In this document: piece after piece, positions 40,319 through 49,640 of the stretch
Numbering within the stretch: position 1 is the stretch's first letter
How the letters are laid out: every line of letters starts with the position of its first letter
From: Deltaproteobacteria bacterium
GTDB lineage: Bacteria > Myxococcota_A > UBA9160 > SMWR01
Assembly: GCA_032128375.1 (NCBI GenBank)
Contig: JAQBGU010000107.1
Coordinates: 64,001-128,000, forward strand
DNA: 64,000 nucleotides
Direction of reading: 5' to 3'
Position numbers and translations under genes: made by a program
The notes under the pieces: generated by a model
What the model saw: only the letters and a program-made list of their open reading frames with translations
Databases searched by the model: none
Told to the model about the DNA's origin: nothing

Positions 40319-40377
40319 CGAAGATCTGGGAAGATCACTGCGAACGAAACCTGGTATCGACTGAGCGGAGATAGCGG

Positions 40378-40953
40378 ATGGCGGCAGCAGAAGTGTTAGC
40401 TGCAACAGTTTCTGACGGCGAGCTGATCGACCGTGTGGTAACGGGCGATCGCGATGCATTCGAGACGTTGTACGACCGCTATTTCCCCCGTGTGTTCGCA
40501 TTTCTCCAGAAACGACTCAACAACAGAGCAGACACGGAGGAGACTGCCCAGGAGGTGTTCATCAACGTCTTTTCCTCCCTCGAGTCGTTCCGGGGCGAAG
40601 CGCCGTTTGGCGCATGGGTGTTGGGTGTCTCGCGCCGAACACTGGCGAACCGGTTCAAGAAAAGGCGGCATCGGACGGTCTCTATTGATTCCGAAGAGGG
40701 TCGCGAATACGCCAACGAGCACAACCCGGCCGCTCCGCGCTCGGTCACGCCACTGGAAGCTTATGAGTGCATGGAGCGAATCGACCAACTGAACGCGGCT
40801 GCGACCGAAAGTCTTTCGACCGAACAGCTGCTGCTGTTCGAGATGCACCATCTCCGCCACAAGACGATTCAACAGATCGCACAGGATCTGAATCGGAGCG
40901 AAGACGCGGTCAAGTCCACCTTGTATCGCGCACGCAAGCTGCTGCTCGCCTGA
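40378..40953 (+). CDS. ECF RNA polymerase sigma factor
   Basis: DGELIDRV, AFETLYDRY, QEVFINVF, FRGEAPFGAW, IAQDLNRSEDAVKSTLYRARK. Confidence 0.93.
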   Translation: MAAAEVLAATVSDGELIDRVVTGDRDAFETLYDRYFPRVFAFLQKRLNNRADTEETAQEVFINVFSSLESFRGEAPFGAWVLGVSRRTLANRFKKRRHRTVSIDSEEGREYANEHNPAAPRSVTPLEAYECMERIDQLNAAATESLSTEQLLLFEMHHLRHKTIQQIAQDLNRSEDAVKSTLYRARKLLLA

Positions 40954-41027
40954 TCCGGCGCCCCCTCGAAGTGCGCGGCCCAGTCGGCACCCGTTGAGCG
41001 CTCGTCCGGGGCGCTATGGTTGCGTCA

Positions 41028-41807
41028 ATGGCTGCGGCGCCCTTCGACCCACGATCCGTCTCGATTCGCCCTTCGACGCCACCCATCCAGTACCCCGAGC
41101 TCACCTCGAAGTCATTTTCGTTCGCTAGCCGCGGGGATCGCGTCCCCGGGCGTTTGCTGCTGCCCTCCAGCCAACAGGGTCCGTTTCCGCTGGTATTGCT
41201 CGCTCACGGCGCCGGTGGCGCGAAGGATTCGCCCTATATGGACGCGGCTGCTGGTCCGTGGGCAAGACGGGGCCTGGCTGTCGCGTCAATCGACTTTTCA
41301 CTGCATGGGGAGCGATCGGAGGCCAAGCTGTACCAGATGCTCAAAGGGGAACTCGCGGCTACCGATTCCAACGGGCTAGGACTCGCCGCAGACTTCGCAC
41401 AGCAATCGTTGGCCGACCTGGGTAACGCGCTGAGCGCAATCTGTGAATGGAGCGAGATTGACTCGAGGCGGCTTGGTTATGCCGGATTCAGCCTCGGGGC
41501 GATCATTGGTGCGACGTTCTGCGCTGGCGAGAAGCGCATTCGCGCCGCCGCACTCGCGCTCGGAGGTGCGGGCCTGGGCGGAGCCTCCCTCGACCCCACG
41601 CAGCATATCGCCGATTTCGCGCCGCGGCCGGTATTGTTCGTGAACGCAAACAGCGATGAGCTGATTCCGCGAGAGGCTGCACTCGCGCTATCCGGTGCAG
41701 CCGCTGAGCCGATGCAGCATCTCTGGTTCGACGGCACCCACAACCGGCTACCCGGCCAGGCTCTGAAGGCGATGTACCAATTCTTCGAGCGTCACCTCCC
41801 GGCTTGA
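41028..41807 (+). CDS. Alpha/beta hydrolase (dienelactone-hydrolase-like)
   Basis: LLAHGAGG, nucleophile motif GFSLG, NSDELIP, GTH; start at 41016 or 41028. Confidence 0.85.
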   Translation: MAAAPFDPRSVSIRPSTPPIQYPELTSKSFSFASRGDRVPGRLLLPSSQQGPFPLVLLAHGAGGAKDSPYMDAAAGPWARRGLAVASIDFSLHGERSEAKLYQMLKGELAATDSNGLGLAADFAQQSLADLGNALSAICEWSEIDSRRLGYAGFSLGAIIGATFCAGEKRIRAAALALGGAGLGGASLDPTQHIADFAPRPVLFVNANSDELIPREAALALSGAAAEPMQHLWFDGTHNRLPGQALKAMYQFFERHLPA

Positions 41808-41870
41808 CCGATCCCTAGCCAGCACCGTGGGCGCTGAATTGCTGGAGTCGCCAGTCCTGCCTGATTGCCC

Positions 41871-41970
41871 CGCTGATGGCTCCTCAACCCGCTGATGGCT
41901 CCTCAACCGGCTGATGGCTCCTCAACCGGCTGATGGCTCCTCAACCTAACCGGCTGATGGCTCTTCAATC
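41871..41970. repeat. 19-bp tandem repeat (C/G)GCTGATGGCTCCTCAACC x4 plus a diverged fifth copy inside the gene end
   Basis: Copies at 41871, 41890, 41909 and 41928; after TAACC, ggctgatggctcttcaatc at 41952. Confidence 0.95.
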
Positions 41971-42758
41971 GGCTGGTGCCGGAGTGCCAGCAGGGTTCCG
42001 CCAACCACAAGCAGCGGCAGCGCGAGCAGATTCAATCCCGGCACCGCGCAGGTCAGGAACGCTGCGACACCGAAGCCCACCACTGCGGGCTTGTTCGATC
42101 TGAGCCAATGCTGCTTTTCTCGGAACGTCAAGCGGCGACGATCGAGCGCGTAGCTCGCGTAATCGAGGGGCAAGAAGAAGATCGCGAAGCCGACGATCGC
42201 CGGGCCAGTCAGAAGCTGTGCGCCTGGAATCAGCAACCCAAACAGCGACAGCGTTCCCACGACCGCCAAGAAGAAGAACGTCTTGCGCATTTCTTCTCGC
42301 AACGACCGAGCCACGTCGGAGACAGTTCCCAGCAGACCGGTCGACGCTTCATCGACAACGCGGCCGCTTTCGATCAGTTCGACGCGATACGAAAGCAAAT
42401 CGAGAAACGGCGAGGCAAGCACGTTCGCGACCAGAAATGCCGCCAGCAAGCTGACGCCCGCAATCGACGCGAACAGCACGGCCCCGATTGCGCGGAGCAC
42501 GACCTTAGCGGGACCGATCCACAGCCACGTATACCACTCACCGGCTTGAAGGACCGGCATCCACCCAGTCGCCCACGAATAAAGTTCGCTCGAATATGCC
42601 ACCAGAAGCGACAGGGAAAGCGAGATCGCGAGTATCGACAGTCCGATCGGGACCGTTGAGGGTGCCCATAACGAGCGCTCTCGGGCCAATAGCCGCGCCG
42701 CTTCGAGAGGCAGCGCGAGGCCGTCCATAGCGGACAATCGCGGGTGGGTTGACTCCAT
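41946..42758 (-). CDS. EI24/CysZ-like membrane protein
   Basis: Several TM segments; LASPFLDLLSYRVE, LDYASYALDRR, VPGLNL. Confidence 0.8.
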   Translation of the reverse strand: MESTHPRLSAMDGLALPLEAARLLARERSLWAPSTVPIGLSILAISLSLSLLVAYSSELYSWATGWMPVLQAGEWYTWLWIGPAKVVLRAIGAVLFASIAGVSLLAAFLVANVLASPFLDLLSYRVELIESGRVVDEASTGLLGTVSDVARSLREEMRKTFFFLAVVGTLSLFGLLIPGAQLLTGPAIVGFAIFFLPLDYASYALDRRRLTFREKQHWLRSNKPAVVGFGVAAFLTCAVPGLNLLALPLLVVGGTLLALRHQPIEEPSAG

Positions 42759-42859
42759 GAGGCTCTCCTCGATGTGAGTCTATACTACAGTTCCCCCGCG
42801 GGATGTTCGATTTTACATCCGTCGCGTTTCTGCACATTCCGACCCTGGAGTATGACAAC

Positions 42860-43969
42860 TTGGGACGAAACATTTCAAAGCAGTTAGTGATTCCGTTTGC
42901 CACGGCGGTTTGGTTGATCGCTGCCGGTTGCCAGCCGATCGAATCCCCCGGCGCCGGCGAGGATACGACCGCGGCGGTCCGCGCCGGGGCGACCTCCGAC
43001 GCGACATCACAAGACGACATGCAACCCGTTGCGACGATTGGTGGCCGGACGATCACCATGGGCGAACTCGACGACTTCATCAAAGACGGCTTGTTTGCCA
43101 GTCAAACGTCGAATGGTGATCCGGCCACGCTCTACGAGATTCGCTCGAAGGCGCTCGGGCGCTTTATCGAACAGGCGATCATCAGCGAAGCCGCGAGCGC
43201 GGATGGTGTTTCCGCCGACGAGTACCTGGAAAAGTCGGTCATGAAAGAAGCCGAGATTCCAGACGAAGAGGTATCCGCCTACTTCGACGCGAACCCCGAC
43301 AAGATGGGCAACGCCACGCTGGAGGAGATCAGTCCACGTATTCGGGCGCACTTGAGGGCTCAACTCGCCGCCGATCTCGTCTTGAAGATGACCGAGGCAG
43401 GCAACGCGGTTGTGTTGTTGGAGCCGGCGCGGACCCCAGTTGCCGCCATTGGCCCCTCGCAGGGACCCGACGATGCACCGATCACGATCATCGAATTCAG
43501 CGATTTCCAGTGTCCCTATTGCCAGCGGGTCGTACCGACCTTGCATCAGATCGTCGAAAAATACCCCGACCAGGTCCGGATCGTATTCAGGCATCTGCCG
43601 CTGGACGGAATACACGACCGCGCGAGGCCAGCCGCCGAGGCGTCAGCCTGTGCGCACCAGCAGGACAAGTTCTGGGCATTCCACGACATCCTGTTCGAGA
43701 ACAACCAGGCGCTCAGCGATCAGGATTTTGCGAAGTATGCCGGCGAGGCGGGCCTCGATGTAGCTGCTTTCGAAAAGTGCGTCACAGATCGCGAGTTCCA
43801 GGTTGCCGTGCAAAATGACGCCGAAGAGGCCAACGCCTTGGGGCTGCGCGGAACACCGGCCTTCTTCGTCAACGGGATCTCGATGCGCGGCGCCAAGCCG
43901 ATCGAGGAATTCATTCGCGTCATCGATACCGAACTCGCTCTCCAGAAACTGACCGCATCTGGCAGCTGA
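42860..43969 (+). CDS. DsbA-family thioredoxin, probable lipoprotein
   Basis: IIEFSDFQCPYC, FRHLPL, GTPAFFVNG; lipobox-like AAGC; TTG start after GGAG (start uncertain). Confidence 0.88.
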   Translation: MGRNISKQLVIPFATAVWLIAAGCQPIESPGAGEDTTAAVRAGATSDATSQDDMQPVATIGGRTITMGELDDFIKDGLFASQTSNGDPATLYEIRSKALGRFIEQAIISEAASADGVSADEYLEKSVMKEAEIPDEEVSAYFDANPDKMGNATLEEISPRIRAHLRAQLAADLVLKMTEAGNAVVLLEPARTPVAAIGPSQGPDDAPITIIEFSDFQCPYCQRVVPTLHQIVEKYPDQVRIVFRHLPLDGIHDRARPAAEASACAHQQDKFWAFHDILFENNQALSDQDFAKYAGEAGLDVAAFEKCVTDREFQVAVQNDAEEANALGLRGTPAFFVNGISMRGAKPIEEFIRVIDTELALQKLTASGS

Positions 43970-43971
43970 TC

Positions 43972-45306
43972 GTGGCGATTTTCAAAGCCTATGACATTCG
44001 CGGCGTCTACCCGCGCGAACTCGATGCTTCCCACGCACATCGAATCGGGAGGGCCACCGCTCGATTCATCGGCGCCAAGGCACTGGTGGTCGGGCGCGAC
44101 GCGCGCACCAGCTCACCCGAATTGCTCGACGCGCTCCTGCGCGGCATCAACGACGAAGGCGTTGATGTCATCGACATCGGTCTGGTGGCAACGCCGATGG
44201 TGTATTTCGCCGTCGATCACCTCGACGCGGGCGGCGGCATCATGATCACAGCCTCCCACAACCCCGGTCAGTACAACGGATTCAAAATTTGTCGTGAGCA
44301 CGCGATACCGATCGGTGAAGCCAGTGGGCTGCGCGAAATCGAAGCCCTCGCGACGGCCGCTGCCGACGACCCGACCCGTTTGCCGCGTGGAAGCGTCGAG
44401 AGCATCGACGTGTGCGCCGGCTACGTCGAGCACGCGCTATCTGCCGGGACTGAACGCCGGCGGATGCGGGTGGCAATCGATTGTGGCAACGGAATGGCCG
44501 CCGTCGGCCTCGAGCCACTGCTCGCGCAGTTGGATCTGGAAGTGGAACGGCTCTACTTCGAGCCCGACTGCACCTTCCCGAATCACGAGGCAGACCCTCT
44601 GAAGATCGAGAACCTGCGCGAGGTATCAGAGGCGGTGCGCCGTTCGAAATCCGACTTCGGTGTCGCATTCGACGGCGATGCCGACCGAGCGGTTTTCGTC
44701 GACGACACCGGCGAACCGATCCCCTCGGACTTGATGACCGGATTGCTGGCTCGCCGCCAACTCGCTCGCACGCCAGGCGGGCGCGTGCTGTACGACTTGC
44801 GATCCAGCCGCGTGACTGCCGAGGAAATCGCGGCAGCGGGTGGCGTTCCCGAGATGTGTCGCGTCGGGCACTCTTTCGTCAAGGCCCGGATGCGCGAGGC
44901 GGGCGCGATTTTTGCCGGTGAGCTCTCTGGCCATTTCTATTTCCGTTTCTCCGAAACACTGATCGCCGATGATGGTGTGGCTGCGTTCGTCGCGCTGCTC
45001 GATGTGCTGGCTGTCGAGGCACAGCCTCTTTCGCAGCTGATCGCGCCACTCCGGCGTTACTCGGCGAGCGGAGAGATCAACCGGCGGGTCGACGACATCT
45101 CGAAGCTCTTGGGCGAGATCGAGGCCGAACACACGGGTGCCGAGATTTCACACCTGGACGGACTGCTCGTCCGCTACCCGGACTGGTGGTTCAACCTGAG
45201 AGCATCGAACACCGAGCCAGTCCTGCGACTCAATATCGAGGCGAACACCGAGTCGGAGATGTGTGAAAAGCGAGACGCACTTCTCGAGCGAATCGGCGGC
45301 GGATAG
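43972..45306 (+). CDS. Phosphomannomutase/phosphoglucomutase
   Basis: FKAYDIRG, TASHNP, DGDADR, GELSGH, RASNTEP. Confidence 0.95.
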   Translation: MAIFKAYDIRGVYPRELDASHAHRIGRATARFIGAKALVVGRDARTSSPELLDALLRGINDEGVDVIDIGLVATPMVYFAVDHLDAGGGIMITASHNPGQYNGFKICREHAIPIGEASGLREIEALATAAADDPTRLPRGSVESIDVCAGYVEHALSAGTERRRMRVAIDCGNGMAAVGLEPLLAQLDLEVERLYFEPDCTFPNHEADPLKIENLREVSEAVRRSKSDFGVAFDGDADRAVFVDDTGEPIPSDLMTGLLARRQLARTPGGRVLYDLRSSRVTAEEIAAAGGVPEMCRVGHSFVKARMREAGAIFAGELSGHFYFRFSETLIADDGVAAFVALLDVLAVEAQPLSQLIAPLRRYSASGEINRRVDDISKLLGEIEAEHTGAEISHLDGLLVRYPDWWFNLRASNTEPVLRLNIEANTESEMCEKRDALLERIGGG

Positions 45307-45445
45307 GACGATTTGAGCTCGTTAGCCGAGCCGGGTTGACCCAAGCGGAGCTACTCGGCACTCTTGATCCCTGCGCTCAGACGGCTTCGCACCAGTCCAC
45401 GGAGTGACTACCCTCGACCACAACCCTCGGGGCCCACCAGCCTCT

Positions 45446-45494
45446 GGGCAACTAGCTTCCGGGCAACTAGCTTGTGCAACTAGCTTGTGCAACC
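45446..45494 (+). repeat. Direct repeats 3 x GCAACTAGCTT plus a partial copy, upstream of tatA
   Basis: gggcaactagcttcc gggcaactagcttgt gcaactagcttgt gcaacc, ending at the AGGGAG RBS. Confidence 0.9.
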
Positions 45495-45506
45495 AGGGAG
45501 TCAGCC

Positions 45507-45704
45507 ATGTTTGGCATCGGCACCACAGAACTCTTGATCGTGATGGGTATTGTGATCGTCATTTTCGGTGCTCGGCGCTTGCCCGAGCTGGGTAGTGGCA
45601 TGGGAAAGGCGATCAAAAACTTCAAAGCAGGTGTGACCGGTAAGGACGAGATCGACGTCACTCCGAAGAAAGAAGAAGTCAGCGAGAGCAAGTCTGACGT
45701 CTAA
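45507..45704 (+). CDS. tatA: Twin-arginine translocase subunit TatA/E
   Basis: MFGIGTTELLIVMGIVIVIFGARRLPELGSGMGKAIKNFK. Confidence 0.96.
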   Translation: MFGIGTTELLIVMGIVIVIFGARRLPELGSGMGKAIKNFKAGVTGKDEIDVTPKKEEVSESKSDV

Positions 45705-45799
45705 GAGCCTGCCCCAGTATGGGACGGTCGAACACGCAATAGCGCGCGGCGCGAAACGGTAGCCAGACAGACGCAGATCGGTAGGGCTGCAGTTCGGGT

Positions 45800-47137
45800 T
45801 CAAGAGCCCTCGTCTGGCTTCAGAGGCGAGAATTCAAAGCTCTCTGCCAGCAAGGGTACCGCCGGCACTACCGCGGCGAAGCTCAGCCAACTGTCCGCCG
45901 TGGCGGCGAAATGCGCCGCACGCTCGTTCTGAAGCTCGACCAGATCTGCCGGATTCGTCTCTCGAAGAAATCGCTCGGGGATTTTCGGCCCAATCGCCGC
46001 AATCGGTAGATCGATTGATCGGCCGTTCGCGTCCAGCAGCTGGACTGCGAGCGGAGTGACGTTTCGGGAACCTCGGCTGCGTCTGAGCTTCCCCGAGATC
46101 ACGTATAGGCGTCCAACTATCGCGTTGTCGATCCAACGCGCTGAGATGCCCCGAAGTTCAAAACCGGGAGCCGCCACCGATTCGACCGGCCAGGGTTCCG
46201 TTCTATGATTCGGAGTCGACAGCCCACCCGCCAGGCCAAAAACCAACAATGACACCACCGCCATCCAACCCGCGATCCCCACAACGCGTCCGCGCAATTT
46301 CGATCGACCGGGTGTCTGCTCTTCGGAGAGAGCAACACGCCGTGCACCGATCGGCGCGGCCGAAACCGAATCGGACGACGGCGGGCCAATCCGAGGTTCG
46401 AAGGCACCGATCGCGACAGGGCTACTCGTCTCCGAATCAAACAAATCCCAGTTGGCCGGGTCGTCGAAGTCATCAGCGCCAGTTCCGGCCGGAGCGGCCT
46501 CGAATTCGGGCTCGTCTTCCAATCCGGCGATGGATTCGAAGTTCGCCCGATCGTCCTCGCCAAACTGCGCGCTCGGCGCGAGCTCGGCGTCATCGATCAA
46601 GCTGGGTCCAGTTTCGCCGAACAGGTCGCGCTCGGATTCGCCAGTTTCTGAAGGAATGCCGTCATCGAGGTCGAGTGCCAGAAACGATTCCGAGGCGGCA
46701 TCTTCTTCGGCCGGCATCGAAATGCTCAAATCCGGCACGCCCCCGAGCAGTTCGTCAACCGCTTCGCGTGCTGCGGCCAGTTCGTCAGCGAGCGCGTGGG
46801 TGCCGCCGATCGGACTCGCCATCGCCCCGCTGTCATCGTTGAATTCCCAATCGTCTTCGGCAGTGTCGGGTGCCACCGTGTCGTTCGATTCGATCGGCGA
46901 TTTTTTGCCGGAGAATCGATTCGCTGCGTCGACCTCCCGCCTGGAGGCTCCCGCGGACTGCGCTTTCTCCAGCACGTCTCGCGCTAGATCCCGTGCGTGA
47001 TCGGCGTCCGGCTGCTGTGGAGATGCGACGAAGAACGCGTGCTCGCAGTGGGAGCAGCGCAAGCGAACGCCCTGCGGCGAGATCTTGGTCTCGTCGAGCC
47101 GAAACTGGCTGGCGCAGCGCTCACACGTGACGATCAA
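45800..47137 (-). CDS. Zinc-ribbon (MJ0042-type finger) protein with acidic linker, one TM and a DUF3426-like C-terminus
   Basis: IVTCERCASQF...LRCSHCEHAF; long D/E-rich region; TM segment; LYVISGKL. Confidence 0.8.
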   Translation of the reverse strand: MIVTCERCASQFRLDETKISPQGVRLRCSHCEHAFFVASPQQPDADHARDLARDVLEKAQSAGASRREVDAANRFSGKKSPIESNDTVAPDTAEDDWEFNDDSGAMASPIGGTHALADELAAAREAVDELLGGVPDLSISMPAEEDAASESFLALDLDDGIPSETGESERDLFGETGPSLIDDAELAPSAQFGEDDRANFESIAGLEDEPEFEAAPAGTGADDFDDPANWDLFDSETSSPVAIGAFEPRIGPPSSDSVSAAPIGARRVALSEEQTPGRSKLRGRVVGIAGWMAVVSLLVFGLAGGLSTPNHRTEPWPVESVAAPGFELRGISARWIDNAIVGRLYVISGKLRRSRGSRNVTPLAVQLLDANGRSIDLPIAAIGPKIPERFLRETNPADLVELQNERAAHFAATADSWLSFAAVVPAVPLLAESFEFSPLKPDEGS

Positions 47138-47366
47138 CGCGTTCCGCCCTCTTCCCCTCCGGTGACACCCAACATCATCCCCGCGGGGTGTGCTAGCGTG
47201 CCTGATCCGATTTGCTTCGTTTCGGAGGCGGACCCAACCTGCTTGAGTGCGTCTGTCCCCTCATCAGTCAGCCGCCCGCGATTGGAGCATGGAAGGGACT
47301 CGCGGGCGGCAGAAACGGGTTTGCTGCGGCCATCGCAGCTATAGGGGTACCGTGACCGCCGAACCT

Positions 47367-49640
47367 ATGCGCTCCATACTGGACCGACGTCTCGTCATCG
47401 TGACGGGAAAGGGCGGAACCGGGAAGACCACCGTTACCGCAGCGTTGGCGCTGGCTGCCGCAGAAGCCGGGCGCCGCGTACTAGCGGTCGAAGTCGGCCC
47501 CGACGAGCAGATTCCAGCGCTGCTGGAAGCCGGCAGCGCTCCGGTCGGGTATTCGGGCCGAGCGATTCGTCCGGGGCTCGAGGTGATGCGCATAGAGCCA
47601 TTCGAGGCACTGGCTGAATACCTCGGCATACAGATCGGGGTGCGTTCTCTGGTCGATCTGGTGGTCGGCAACGCGTCGTTTCGGCAGCTCTTGGCCGCTG
47701 CTCCCGGCTGGAGGGAGCTGATCACGCTGGGAAAGATCTGGCATTTGTGCCAGCTCGAATTGGCTCCGGGGCGGCCGCGGTACGAAACGATCGTCGTCGA
47801 CGCGCCGGCTACAGGACACGGTGTCAGCTTTCTCGAAGCCCCCCATGTCGTCGTGTCGGCGGTGCGTGCGGGTCCGCTCCGAAAGCAGACAGAACGCGTC
47901 GAGCAGATGATCCAAGATTCAGACCACACACTCGTGCTGCCGGTCGCACTGGCCGAAGAACTTCCCGCCAGAGAAACCGCACAGTTGATCGCGCGTGTGC
48001 GCACAGAGATGGGAATCGAAATCGATCGAGTCGTCGTCAACGCGGTGATGGATGCACCCTTTCCGGACGCACTCGCCAATCTCGACGAGTCGCTAGACCG
48101 CCTCGAGCCGGGTCTCCCATGCGACTCGCTTCCCGACCCCGCGACGTTGGCGGTGTGTGCGCGCTACCTGCTCGCGCGTCATCGCCTGCACGCTCGCTAC
48201 CTGTCGGAAATCCGACGGATCACCGACCTGCCTTGTCCGACTCTGCCCTACCTGCCGGAGGGCGTCAGCGGGCCAGCCGAACTCGAGCTTCTGTCGGAAG
48301 CGCTGCTGTCGACATCGGAAACAATCTCTCCGGCCAGCTCCTCAACTCGCTCCACAGCGACGACTCCATCCAGAACTGCATCCACAACCGCGAACTCAAC
48401 AACGACAGTCCCCAACAACGACGACGACGGCGTGAACGCCATCCAGTTTACCGATGCGTTGTTGACCCGACGAAAAATTCTCGTCTGTGTGGGTTGTGGT
48501 GGCGTGGGGAAGACGACCGTAGCCGCAGCACTTGCGCTCGAAGCCGCGAGACGCGGGCGTCGTGCACTGGTGCTGACGATCGATCCCGCACGACGATTGG
48601 CCGACGCTCTCGGGGTCGCAGCGCTCGGCAATCAACCCGAGCCGCTACCTCGCGAGCTATTGACAGCATTGGGTGTTCCCGAGCACGGCAGCCTTCACGC
48701 GGTCATGCTGGACATGAAGCGCACTTTTGACGACCTGGTCGAGCGATTCTCCGCGACGCCCGCTGAGCGTGACCGCGTGCTCGGCAACCCGATTTATCAG
48801 CACACCTCCGATGCGCTCGCGGGCAGTGTCGAGTACTCGGCAATGGAAAAGGTCTTCGAACTCCACGAGAGCGGTCAGTACGACTTGATCGTCGTAGATA
48901 CCCCACCGGCGCAGCACGCGTTGGACTTCCTCGATGCGCCCGCACGCCTGCTCGACTTCCTGGACAGCCGACTCGTCGCGCTGTTGATCCACCCGGCATT
49001 CGCGGCCGGTCGATTCGGGTTCCGACTGTTTCAGCGCGGCACCCACCGGGTCCTTCGGCTGCTCGAGCAGGTCACGGGGTTAGGGTTCCTAGAGGACATT
49101 TCCGAATTTCTGCTCGCGTTCGAAGGGATGGCAGACGGTTTCCGCGATCGCGCACGCGGCGTGCGTGCGCTGATTTTGGGACCCACGTCAGCCTTCGTGC
49201 TCGTCAGCGGGCCCGGCCGGGAATCGATCCGCCAGGCCGGCCGGTTCTTGGACCGGCTCGAAGAACATGAAGTCCCACTCGCCGGAGCCCTGGTGAACCG
49301 GGTCCGGCTGTGGCCCGGGCCCCAGCTCCCGCCGAGCGACCCAATTCCGACACCTGGAGACATCGCTTCGCTTGCGATTGCGCTTCGCAACAGTGAGGGC
49401 CCGGAGTACCCAGCGGAGCTTGCAGCGCGGGCTGCAGCGGATGGTGCAACGAGATACGCTGACCTCGTGCGGCGCGACACACATTCAACCGACTCCCTGC
49501 GAGAACGCATCGAGAGCCAGAACCTCTTCTGGGGTCGAATTCCAGAATTCGATACCGATATTCACTCGCTCGCGAACATCGGGCGAGTTGCCGATTGGAT
49601 CAGCGGCCGCGCCGAGGAGACCATTGTCGATGTCGACTGA
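47367..49640 (+). CDS. Fused double ArsA/Get3-like ATPase
   Basis: Two ATPase domains (GKGGTGKTT...DAPATGH and GCGGVGKTT...IDPARRLADALG...DTPP) in one frame, joined by a S/T/N-rich linker. Confidence 0.85.
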   Translation: MRSILDRRLVIVTGKGGTGKTTVTAALALAAAEAGRRVLAVEVGPDEQIPALLEAGSAPVGYSGRAIRPGLEVMRIEPFEALAEYLGIQIGVRSLVDLVVGNASFRQLLAAAPGWRELITLGKIWHLCQLELAPGRPRYETIVVDAPATGHGVSFLEAPHVVVSAVRAGPLRKQTERVEQMIQDSDHTLVLPVALAEELPARETAQLIARVRTEMGIEIDRVVVNAVMDAPFPDALANLDESLDRLEPGLPCDSLPDPATLAVCARYLLARHRLHARYLSEIRRITDLPCPTLPYLPEGVSGPAELELLSEALLSTSETISPASSSTRSTATTPSRTASTTANSTTTVPNNDDDGVNAIQFTDALLTRRKILVCVGCGGVGKTTVAAALALEAARRGRRALVLTIDPARRLADALGVAALGNQPEPLPRELLTALGVPEHGSLHAVMLDMKRTFDDLVERFSATPAERDRVLGNPIYQHTSDALAGSVEYSAMEKVFELHESGQYDLIVVDTPPAQHALDFLDAPARLLDFLDSRLVALLIHPAFAAGRFGFRLFQRGTHRVLRLLEQVTGLGFLEDISEFLLAFEGMADGFRDRARGVRALILGPTSAFVLVSGPGRESIRQAGRFLDRLEEHEVPLAGALVNRVRLWPGPQLPPSDPIPTPGDIASLAIALRNSEGPEYPAELAARAAADGATRYADLVRRDTHSTDSLRERIESQNLFWGRIPEFDTDIHSLANIGRVADWISGRAEETIVDVD

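Noticed and set aside
41871..41970. Repeat array as a CRISPR
   Set aside because: Units are contiguous 19-mers with no spacers, and no cas genes are present.
45703..45800. Third copy of the dispersed repeat after tatA (CTAAGAGCCTGCC...)
   Set aside because: Only the first few bases resemble it; the inner hairpins are absent.
47367..49640. Arsenite-pump ATPase ArsA
   Set aside because: No arsB/arsC/arsR/arsD neighbours, and the motif pattern fits the Get3-like two-subunit family.
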